A stretch of 64,000 nt of DNA from Hemiscyllium ocellatum (lineage: Eukaryota), in NCBI RefSeq assembly GCF_020745735.1, contig NC_083435.1, forward strand, positions 35,260,121 through 35,324,120, written 5' to 3'. Positions 25,624 to 36,049 of the stretch are shown one piece after another (position 1 is the first letter of the stretch; each line of letters opens with the position of its first letter). Both the position numbers and the translations under genes were made by a program. The notes under the pieces were generated by a model, which saw nothing but the letters and a program-made list of their open reading frames with translations, was not told the origin of the DNA and searched no databases.

Positions 25624-26040
25624 CTTGTACTTTCTCACTGCATCAGTGACAGGCAGGAAGCTGTGGCCTGAGTGTGCGGGGGAATCTCGACAAATGACAC
25701 AGATCAGAGCCCGGTCGTCCTGACAGAACAGCTTCAGCTTCTCATCGTGTTCCAGACAGCGGGGACCCCCTTCCTGCTGCAGACCCGGGTTCAGCTCCAG
25801 CTGCCGGGCTTTCTCACAGAGATTGGCCAACACCCTGGCCTTCTTATAACTCTTCTGCTTGGAAACCGCGCGACATTCCGGGCAGGACACCACCTCCCCC
25901 TGGTTTTCCCAACACGCCTGGATGCAGGATTTGCAGAAATTGTGCTCACACTCCAACTGCACCGGCTCCACAAACACAGACAGGCAGATCGAGCAGGTTA
26001 AATCCTCAGTAGAGATTAAAACCTGCTTGTCAGCGGCCAT
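25624..26040 (-). CDS. TRIM E3 ligase, coding exon 1 (RING C3HC4 + B-box 2)
   Basis: MAADKQ...CSICLSVFVEPVQLECEHNFCKSC...CPEC and CLEHDEKLKLFCQDDRALICVICRDSPAHSGH. Phase-0 donor AAG/GTGAAA at 25623. Confidence 0.97.
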
Positions 26041-26073
26041 CTTCCTGCAGACTTGTTTTATGATGTACCTTGC

Positions 26074-26090
26074 ACTTTCATTTTCGTTTC
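26074..26090 (-). promoter_or_regulatory. ISRE/IRF-element-like motif upstream of the TRIM ATG
   Basis: Minus strand GAAACGAAAATGAAAGT contains GAAA-AT-GAAA-GT (IRF consensus GAAANNGAAA), 34-50 bp upstream of the ATG. Confidence 0.55.
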
Positions 26091-27407
26091 TTCATCAATT
26101 ACAGTTCAAAGTGCAATGAGCCAAAAGCCGATATTTTTCATCACTGAAACATACGCAATTGAAAATTGTGATCTGAATAAATCGTTGCTGACCTACTTAC
26201 AGCTAAACGCCAGAAATTTCGTATTTATTAAGAGACTTTCATGATTACTGAATATATACAAGTCCCTTTCAGCCACGATTTTCTTTTTGAAGTGTAATCA
26301 GAATAATATGACAGGAGAAGCATGTTAAATTTGCACATTTAGCAAGTGATGATGACCAGATAATCTGTGATTTTTATGTGTGAGAGAGAGATTCTGCTTG
26401 AGAGATGACCAGCTAATCGTCGATTTTTTTGTGTGCTTTAGAGATAATATCAGCCAGAACACCAAAGATAATTTCCCTGCCTTTCCTCCAAAATTACAGC
26501 ACAAGATCCTTTCTATCCGCCTGGTAATACGGATAGGACTTCAGTTTGACATCTGATCTGAAAGGAAGCACCTCTGACAGTGCTATGCTCACTCAGTAAT
26601 CCTCTGGACAGATCAACCTGGACTATTGACAGTGGTGGAGTGTCACCTGACCTTTTCCTTAAGAAGCGATTGGGTGACCAGGTGAGCTGTGGTTCCCACC
26701 TCTGTCACTCACGAAGTGTGGCATTTCCATCACTTGTTAGTGTTACACTCACTTGTTAGTGTACCTGCTTCTAAAATGCTACCAAAAAACGGAACTTAAA
26801 ATAAATAATCTTAAGAGAAAGTTTGAATTATAAAGAAAGGCTGGATTGGCTGGAACACTTTTCCACTGGAACAGAGAAGGTTGAGAGGTTAGCTTATCGA
26901 GGTTTATAAAATAATGAGGTGCGTGGATAGGGTTAATGGGAGGAGTGCCTGAGGATGGAGGAACTTCAAGACGAGGGTGGCACTTTTTTTAAGGTGAGAG
27001 ATTTGAAAAAGACACTAAAATATTTTTATACAGAGGGTGGATTGCATGTGGAATGATCTCCCTTAGGAATTGATGGATGTGGGCACAATTACAATGTGTA
27101 AAAAAACATTTGGATAAATAAATGAATAGGATAGGTTTGGAGGGAAATGGGACAGGAGCAGGAAGGTGGAGCTAGATACGCTTGGCATGGACTAGTTGGA
27201 CTGAAGGGTCTGTTTCTGTGCTGTATGATTCTTACTGCATGTTGCTGTTTAAAGCACTCGAAACACTTGCTCACTTTCAGTAATGTGACCTAAAACTGTC
27301 AACAAGGGTGGGAGATCACATCAGCAAAATGGAAAATGGGAGCAGGTGTGGGCAATTCAACCATCTGAGCCTGTTCTGTTGTTATATATGAACATGGTTG
27401 GTCAGAG

Positions 27408-27625
27408 TCCAGAGTGTGGTGCTGGAAAAGCACAGCAGGTCAGGCAGCATCCAAGGAGCAGGAGAATCAATGTTTCGGGCATAAGCCCTTCATTCATCTT
27501 TCCTGATGTCGGGCTTATGCCTGAAATGTTGATTCTCCTGCTCCTCGGGTGCTGCCTGACCTGCTGTGCTTTTCCAGCACCACCCTCTCGACTCTGAGCT
27601 CCAGTATCTGCAGTCCTCACTTCCT
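27408..27625. mobile_element. Fold-back Penelope terminal-repeat insertion
   Basis: Two inverted copies of the GGTGCTGGAAAAGCACAGCAGGTCAGGCAGCATCC...GGGCATAAGCCC unit. Confidence 0.75.
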
Positions 27626-29169
27626 CCATCATGGTGGATCATCCAACTCAGTACCTGTTCCTGCTTTCTCCCCATGCCCTTTGATCACTTCATACCTGAC
27701 TCCTTCTTGAAAGCATGCAAAGTTTTGGCCTCATCTCGTTTTTGCAAATTCCACAGGCTGGCCATTCTTTGGCTGGAGAATTTTCTCTTCATCGCAGTCC
27801 GAAGTGGCCTATGGTGTCACCTTGGACGGAAACCCCTTGGTCTGGAGGGTCTTCACTTACAATTGTGTATTTTGAATCACATTCAAATGAGCACAATAAT
27901 TTGATAATTGAAACAATCCACTTCCCAATGGAAACAGTTTATCTTTTCTTACCGTTTCAATGCTTATCATTTTGAACTTCCTTAAAAATCTCCCTTTTAC
28001 GAGTACTAAAGAAAAATATTCTACTTCCTCCAATCTCTCCAGACAATTAAAGTCACCTAATTCTATTGTTAGTTAAAATTCTTTGCGCGCTCTCCATAGT
28101 CTTACCATTTCACGAAGGCCAGAAAACAAATGAATTTATAAATGGATTAAAGTGGATGAGCTGACATGGGGGTGAGGCAGTCATTAGAGGGCGGTCACAT
28201 CACATTCATTAAGTAGAAGCTCCCACTGGAAAAAGCTGCAAACCTGAGGATTGGGAGCATTTTTTAAATCAGAAAAAGAAGACAAAAATGCTTGATCAAG
28301 TGAAGGAAATACAGGATGGGAGTAAAATTGCAGGGAAGATAATAAGTGATGATAAAAGCTTTTATAAAGATGGGGGAAAAATATCAGTGAATACAAATGT
28401 TGGCCTCTTACAGGCAAAAGCTGGGGGAATTACAATGGGATGAAGAGAAATGGCAGAAGAGTTGAATACATACTTTGATTCTGTCTTCACAAAAGAGAAT
28501 ACAAAAGAATCTTCCAAAGTGCCAGGGCACCAAGAGTCGAGTGAGGTAGTGGAACATGAAAAAATTAGTATTAATAAGGAAATAGTGCGAGGGAAATCAA
28601 TGGGGTTAACGGTTGGCAAATCACCAGACACTGACAGTTTATATCCCATAATATGAAAGAAAGCAGCCCTGCAAATATTGGAAGCATTGGTGGGCATCTT
28701 TCAAAATTCAATAGACTCTCAAGCAGTTCCTTGCAGGGTGGCAAATCTAACCCTGCAAAAAAAAAGGGGGAGAGTGAAAAAAAAATCGGAGAATTACAGA
28801 ATAGTTAGCCAAACAGTAGCGGGATGAATACAAAGTCTATCATGAAAGATGTGATCACTTGAAAGCATTAATGAGAATGGCCAAATGAGGTGGAGTCTGG
28901 GGGCAGTGGGACACAACCAGAGAGTCTGGACAGGGGATGGAGCCTAGAAAGAATATAATGCTGATCACAAAATGTTGCTAATTGCTGGGAAAATACATCT
29001 TACTCACTAATGTCCTTTAGGGAAGGAAACTACCATCTTTACCTGGTCTGGCTTGAATGTGACTCCAAACTCAAAGCAGTGTGGTTGGCTCTGAACTGCC
29101 CTGTGGGCAAATAGTTACAGGTCATAAATGCCAGAAATGACAACCACATCCAGTGAATGAAGGCTTTTT

Positions 29170-29650
29170 TTTAATAGTTGCACAATAGAAAGCATCCTAT
29201 CCAGATCCATCGCAGCTTGGTGTGGCATCTGCTCTGACCAGGTGTTTAGTGAATGCAGCCCAGGACATCATGCAAGCCGACCTTCTATCAATTGGCTCCA
29301 TCTATATGTCTCACTACCTCAAGAAAACAGCCCAACACAATAAAAGGCTCCTCCCACCCTGGTTACCTCTTTCAACCAGTTCTGTCGCACAGAAGATACA
29401 AAAGCTTAAATACATCAGATACCAACAGATTCACAAACAGCTTCTTCTCTGCTGTTATTAGGCTTCTGAATAGATCTCTCAAATTTTAAATTTAATGTTG
29501 ATCTCACTCTTTATGCACGTTCTCTGCAGCCTTAACATTGTATTCTTCGCCCTGTTCTATTACCCTTATGCACGTTGTATGGTATGATCTGCCTGCACTG
29601 CATGCAAAACTTCTCATTCTGGTGAGGTTCATGTGACAATAATAAACTAA
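29170..29650 (+). mobile_element. LINE 3' end of a different family (Rex1/Babar-like)
   Basis: ATAGAAAGCATCCT...TGGTGTGGCA start and ...CATGTGACAATAATAAA end, recognised from memory. Confidence 0.5.
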
Positions 29651-30278
29651 ATCATTTTAAGTCAACAAAATCACAGAAAATGAACACACAGCATAAAAAC
29701 CATTTAGGAAGGTGAGAGGGTTTAAAAATGAGTTGAGTATAAGAATGAAGTTATCCAGCTGTGATTTTGTAGAGCTACGATGAGATCAAACCTGGTCTAT
29801 TGTGTACAGTGTTGGCCTCTTTACCTAAGGAAGGACACATATACATTAGAACCCAATAATGGTTCAAATATTCATTGGATGACATGGTTCTTCTGCAAGA
29901 CAAATGTAAGTAGAATAGGTTGATACTCTCAAGTTTGGAAAAATAGAGGTGACCTCAGTGAAACATAGAATGTTGGACAGTGTAGACTCCAAGGAGCTCT
30001 GAGGAGATGGCTGTTTGGTTGTCCAGAGCTGTCTGTCACAAACTTAGACTAAGTCAGCAATTCTTTCAGAATGGGATGAGGATAGATTCCTCCACAGTGA
30101 GTTGGTAATCTTTCAAATTCTTCCTCACAAAATTACTCAATTGATCTGTGGAGTCAAGATGGATGTCAATGGGGCACTAGAGGAAACAAGGGATATGGAA
30201 ACAAGGTGGGTAAGATACATTGATCTCAAAGTTCAGCCATGATCACATTCAATGAAAGGGCAGACTCCATGGACCTTA

Positions 30279-30284
30279 TTTATT
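30279..30284 (-). terminator. Candidate polyadenylation signal of the class I gene
   Basis: First AATAAA I found on the minus strand after the stop (about 215 nt downstream); motif only. Confidence 0.35.
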
Positions 30285-30499
30285 CTGTTCCTTTTTATGC
30301 AAAGTTCCACTGCAACCGTTAATCTTTAAATTTAGCAACTGAAACTGAACCCAGCTCTAGACCCATCAATGCCAGTCATGGGCCCAGTGGTTCAGGGAAA
30401 TGTGGGAAGTGAATTCTGGCCAGCTGCTGGTTTCTGTTGTTCTCTGATCATATCTGATATCCTCTGCTGGTCTCTGCCAGTCACTGATGGTGTTTGCTG

Positions 30500-30693
30500 T
30501 TATCCATTTGGCTCTTCTGCTCTCTGACAGTCTCTGGTGCTCTCCGAGTGCACCTGCTTGTCACTGTCAGGTTGATCACCCCATCTCTTCCCCCAGAAAC
30601 CAATTCCAATGATGACCACAAGAAGAGTGAGCGAGATAGCTGTTGCTCGAATCACTGTTTCCAATTTAATGCCTCCATGTGACATTCGCTCTG
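30500..30693 (-). CDS. MHC class I-like heavy chain, exon 5 (connecting peptide, TM helix, cytoplasmic tail, stop)
   Basis: Phase-1 NAGNAG acceptor (TCAG/CAG, exon starts 30693 or 30690). AERMSHGGIKLETVIR, then hydrophobic ATAISLTLLVVIIGIGFW, then GKRW...EEPNG-TAA. Total CDS 52+261+276+273+194=1056 bp (351 aa). Confidence 0.85.
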
Positions 30694-30859
30694 CTGACAC
30701 ATACAGTTTACATTAAAATGGCATGAATAAATAATAATTTTGAAATGAAATCACAGTGTACTTCAATGAACTGCAAACTAATGCTATACTTGCAGCATCA
30801 CATATTAAAGAAAGAACATTTGAATTTATGTATTACCTTTCAAGAATGTGGGATTAACG

Positions 30860-31195
30860 TTGGCCTTGGTACAGGCTGGGGTGGGGGAGTCAAGAACTAG
30901 AGGGCAAAAGGTTTGGGGTGAAAGGGGAAAGATATAAAAGAGACCTAAGGGGTAACTTTTTCACACAGAGGGTGGTACTGATATGGAATGAGCTGGCAGA
31001 GGAAGCGGTGGAGGCAAGTATAATTGCAACATTTAAAAGGCATCTGGATGTATATATGAATACTAGGGGTTTGGAGGGACATGGGCCGGGTGCTGGCAGG
31101 TGGGACTAGATTGGGTTGGGATATCTAGTCGGCATGGATGAGGTGGACCGAAGGGTCTGTTTTCTTGCTGTACATCTCAATGATTCTACGACTTT
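30860..31195 (+). mobile_element. CR1 3' fragment
   Basis: ORF 30918-31109 closely matches the C terminus in 6490-6741. Confidence 0.85.
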
Positions 31196-32674
31196 ATAAC
31201 TATGGGCAAAAAAATGGGGCAATAACTTAATGGGATTATCATTGGGTTATTGAAAGGTTTTAAACATAATAATTTAAGAAACTAACTTGCAGAAGAATAC
31301 TTGAGGAGCACAGTCGTAAACATCTAGAAGCAGAAAACTCACAAGTAGACAGAACTGTTAGTTAAAAAATACAAGGGACCATTTGTTCTTGGAGCCAACT
31401 TTTTTTTGCATGATAGCAAAAGGACAATATTGATAATGTCACAGTCAAACCAAAAGTTGCTTATTCTTTGAAACTCTGAGCCTTGAAATAAGTCATGAAA
31501 ACATCCAAGGGATCAAACAGGGGAAGGGAATTGATATACACAGGTCAGAGATGAATCATTATAGAAAGACAAATTGGAGCCTACAGTGCCCTCTGATCTG
31601 ATAACATAGTGCCTTTCCACTAGCCATACATTACAATTTGATAGACAGACCTACATAATGACTGACTAATTGTACTACTGCTCTATGTATGATGTACACC
31701 TAATCAAAAGTAATTATTCAACTTCTGTAACTACACCTCTTAATTAGTACGTGCTAATTTCTTGTTACAAAATCCAAAAGTATGCCTGCTTCTGTGATCT
31801 TTGATTTGGGGTCTCCAACATTTCCATTTTGTATATACTCTGGAATCCCTTGCAAAAGCTCGGTCATAAAGGCCATTTTCACATTCTATAGATCCCTGTC
31901 TGGTCACTCACTGCAGGAAAGAGTCAGAGGCTACTAGGGCTGCTACCAGACCCTGGAAATTCCTGCAACAGTTATTGGCAGAGCCAGGAGACTGGATTTG
32001 TTATGGGAAGACAGTGTGACAGTGACATGGTAATTAATGCAGTGGTATGGATAGAGAGCAGACAAGTTGAATATATTTGGGGATTGAGACAGAGTCACAG
32101 GGAGAGAACAGAAGACTGGGATTTGTTTTGGATTGATACAAGGTTTCAGGAAGGGAGTGGAATTAATTTGGTATTAATTTAGAAACAATACAATCACAAT
32201 AGGCCAAATATCTGTTCTATGGACTGATCAGTCATAGCGAGATAAAGATGTAGGACATAAGAGTAGGAGTATGTTACTTGGTCCTCCAAGTCTGCTCTGC
32301 AATTCAGGAAAATCATGGCTGGGATCTCTTTTCTACTTTCCTGTCTGCACCCCATTAGGCTTTACTTCCATGTCCACCAAACATCTATCTAAGTCAGCCT
32401 GAAAAAGAAATTAAAGGCTACCTTCTACCTTCTGGAGAAGGGAATTCCACACTCTGACCTTGCTCTGGGAGAAGAAGTGGTGAGACTGCAAATTAAGTTT
32501 TGGGCACCACACCAAGGGAAGGATAAGTTGGTCTTGCACTGTGCATAACATGGCTTTACCTTCAGTCAGTTGGGCTTGACAGAAATTTGGAAGTCTCTTC
32601 TGTGAAAGGCCGTTGATGCCATGATAACTTGTCATTTGAAAATATTTCACTGACAGAGTTTTATCAGCCAAAGA

Positions 32675-33038
32675 TGTAACGTCTGGAATGAGGTCAGGCA
32701 GGTGGACATCATAGAATACGAGTTCCCTGATTGGGGCTGTTGATGTTGTCCAATCAGGGAGCCCTGGCTGACAGATATAAACAGGAGTGTGGGGGAAATT
32801 GAATAAAGATTCATGCACTTTGTGTCTCTCACTTTGTCTCACACCTGCACAAACACACCTTGGGTGCTGGGGAAAACTAAGCACTACGGAAAAAAAAAAA
32901 GAAAAAAAATAAACAGGAGTGTCAGGGATTCTGTTCACTCAGAGAGCTGGCTCTGTGAAGCTGGATCAGTGTCAAGGCCCCTCCATGTGTAAATAAATGA
33001 CTTGGTACCATCATACTAGCCCCTGTGGAGTTATTTCA
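32675..33038 (+). mobile_element. Solo LTR with nested poly(A)-tailed insertion, in class I intron 4
   Basis: TG...CA termini, 5-bp TSD AAAGA (32670-32674 and 33039-33043), ATTGG and CCAAT boxes, TATAAA, and a downstream AATAAA. Confidence 0.8.
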
Positions 33039-33339
33039 AAAGAAATAAATGCCCAATAATAATATTCAGTGATCAGTCACTGAATAGTAATGCAGGTTCG
33101 AGTACTATACCCCTATTGCTATTTCTCCCTGCCAATAGAGATATTCAAAACCTCCTGAATACTAACATTTAATGGTCTGATGGGGGTCAGTTGGCTGGAT
33201 GGTTGATTCACAAAGCAGTATGCTGCCAACAGCCTGGGTTCCATCCCCACACCAGATGAGGTGATCATGAAGGATGCTCCTTCTCAACTTCTCCCACCAT
33301 AGGAGGCATGGTGGCCCTCCAGTTAAATCACCCCCATAG

Positions 33340-34410
33340 AGTCATACAGCATGGAAATAGACACCTTCAGTTCAACAGTCCATGCTGATGATAATCTCAA
33401 ACTTAATTGTCCCATCTACAAGTGTGTGGCCCATAACTCTCCAAATATTTCTTATTCATGTATGTATCCAAACATGTTTTAAATGTTGTAACTCTACCAG
33501 CATTCACCACTTCCTCTGGAAGTTCATTTCACACATGAACTACTCTCTATGTAAAAAAAATTACCATGTCTTTTTAATTTTTCTCCTCTCACCTTAAAAA
33601 TATGCACCCCGTTTCGAAACTCCCCCACCCCAGAGAAAAGACACCTGCCATTCACCTCGTCTGTACCCCTCATGATTTTATCAACCTCCATAAGGTCACC
33701 CCACAACCTCCTATGCTCCAGTGAAAAAGGTTCCAGCCTCTCCTTATAACTCAAACTCTCCATTCCTAACAACACCTCGGTAAATCTTTTCTGAAGCCCC
33801 TCCAGCTTAATAATGTCCTTCCTGTTGCAGCAAGACCAGAACTGGACACAGTACCTCAGAAGAGGCCTCACCAACACCCTGTACAACCTCAACATGACAT
33901 CCCAACTCCTGTACTCAAAAGGTCTGAGCAACAAAGGCACGCATGCCTTCTTAACCACCCTATCTACCTGTACTGCAAATTTCAAAGAATTATGTACCTG
34001 AACCATTAGCTTTCTCAATGCTACCGCACTACCAAGGCCCTACTTTTAACTGTATACATTCTGCCCTTAGTGGGTGGCACAGTGGCACAGTGGTTAGCAC
34101 TGCTGCCTCACAGCGCCAGAGACCCAGGTTCAATTCCCACCTCAGGTGACTGTGTGGAGTTTACACATTCTCCCCATGTCTGCGTGGGTTTCCTCCAGGT
34201 GCTCCGGTTTCCTCCCACAGTCTAAAAATGTGCAGATTAGGTGAATTGGCCACGCTAAATTGCCTGTATTGTTAGGTGTAGGGGAATGGGTCTGGGTGGG
34301 TACGCTTCGGGGGGTCAGTGTGGACTTGTTGGGCTGAAGGGTCTGTTTCCACACTGTAAGTAATCTAATCTAATTCTTATTTGTTTTCCCAAAATTCAAT
34401 ACCTTGCTTC
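33340..34410 (-). mobile_element. CR1-clade LINE 3' fragment interrupted by a SINE
   Basis: ORF 33524-34018 (LYRVLVRP.L.YCVQFWS, RRLWGDL). Confidence 0.85.
34070..34375 (+). mobile_element. HE1/V-type SINE
   Basis: Same consensus; inserted within an antisense CR1. Confidence 0.88.
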
Positions 34411-34614
34411 TCATCAGTTATCTCTCTCTCTCTCACTAATGAGAGCAACCCTGTGGTCTGGTAAGACCATGCAACTTGACTGGTCTCCCACCTTTTAGAA
34501 AACAATCTCAGTATCACTGACCGTGACAGATGTGATGAGTTAATACCCCTCTGAATTGGACTGATAACCCAGGCCTAGAGGAAGATATCTGCATCCCTTC
34601 AACTTGTTACTTAC

Positions 34615-34887
34615 CCCAGGGTACATCGAGCTCCCACATGAGGCTGACATGCTCAATATGGCAGGAGTACCTCTCCCCATCATCTCGACTGACCTCCATT
34701 GTCTTTGTCACCCGATACGTTTCATCCTGGTGGGGGAGCACATCACTGGATTCAACTTCAAGGACCACCACTCCGTTCCTTAGCCACGTCACCTCGATAG
34801 CCCCAGGATAAAAGCCTGTCACAAGGCAGGAGAGTTTCAGCACTCGCTCGCCATCAGTCCTGCTGCTAATGAACACCTCAGGGGTGA
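34615..34887 (-). CDS. MHC class I-like heavy chain, exon 4 (alpha3, Ig C1-set domain)
   Basis: 273 bp, phase 1-1, acceptor CTCTCTCAG, donor GTAAGT. LSCLVTGFYPGAIEVTWLRNG...LPHQDETY...YSCHIEHVSL is a C1-set motif. Confidence 0.97.
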
Positions 34888-35019
34888 CTGAGAGAGTTAA
34901 ACAAAGACTAAAATCACTGATCAAAAAGATTGCTAAGCAACAACCTAAACTCTGCTTTCCTCTCTCTGGATTTACAAAGCAGAATTGTCAGGCTCTTCCC
35001 CTTTTCTTTCAGACTTTTT

Positions 35020-35400
35020 TTCTGTTTGTACATTCGCATGGTGAGAGCCTCACTGGCTACACAGCATTAATGGCCCATCCCTCATTGCCTCAAGGGCAAT
35101 TAAGAGTCTACCACATTGTGGTAAGTCTGGAGTCATATGTAGGTTAGACCAAGTAAGGATGACAGTTTCCTTCCCTAAAGGATGTTATAGTGAACCAAAT
35201 TGTTTTTTTCAACAATCAACCGTCATCATCATTCCCGATTTTTAAAAAAGGAATACCAGTTCCACCATCTGCAATGGTGAGATTTGAAGCTAGGTCCCTA
35301 GCCTGGTCTTTGGATTAGCAATCCAGTGACAATACCACTAGGACATTGCCTCACCTTAGTCTGCCACTGGAGTCCTGGCATACTTGTGACAAACTCTCTT
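35020..35400 (+). mobile_element. Older SINE with a Deu-like central domain
   Basis: CACATTGTGGTAAGTCTGGAGTCATATGTAGG...TTTCCTTCCCTAAAGGA...AGTGAACC; an antisense counterpart lies at about 28990-29130. Family assignment is from memory. Confidence 0.55.
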
Positions 35401-35825
35401 TAAAATTATCAACAACCTCAGATCGGACAGGGCGCAGTTTAAGGATGTCAGGTAGGCCATCCAGAACCGAGGTGAGCAGAAACGTCTCTCAGAAATTGGT
35501 GGGCCTGTGAAATTCATTGCCACAGCAAGCATTTGATGTCAAAACATTGAATGTTTTCAAGAAGGCATTAGTTATATTTCTTCAGGAAAAAGGCAAAAGC
35601 AGGAACATTGTACGATGCTGGTGATCAGCCATGACTATATTGAATTGTGGAGCCAACTCCTGATTTCCTATTTTCTGTTTCCAGGCCTCTATGAAGGCAT
35701 GGGACTAATGCTGACAAATGAAGGTCATGAAAGAGGAAGGTGAGAGGACAATCTAAAGGGCTTCAGAATTATGAAGTGACTTGACACAGTAGTCATCCAG
35801 AAGCTTGGCTACATTATACGTGCAG

Positions 35826-36049
35826 GAGAAAGTGAGGACTGCAGATGCTGGAGATCAGAGCTGAAAATGTGTTGCTGGAAAAGCGCAGCAGGTCAGGCAG
35901 CATCCAAGGAGCAGGAGAGTCGACGCTTTGGGCATGAGCCCTCCTTCAGGCATGCATTCCTGAAGAAAGGCTCATGTCTGAAACATCGACTCTCCTGCTC
36001 CTTGGATGCTGCCTGACCTGCTGCGCTTTTCCAGCAACACATTTTCAGT
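35826..36049. mobile_element. Fold-back Penelope terminal-repeat insertion in class I intron 3
   Basis: About 90-bp inverted arms, each with a decayed hammerhead core; imperfect flanking duplication TACATTA(T/A)AC(G/A)TGC. Confidence 0.8.
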
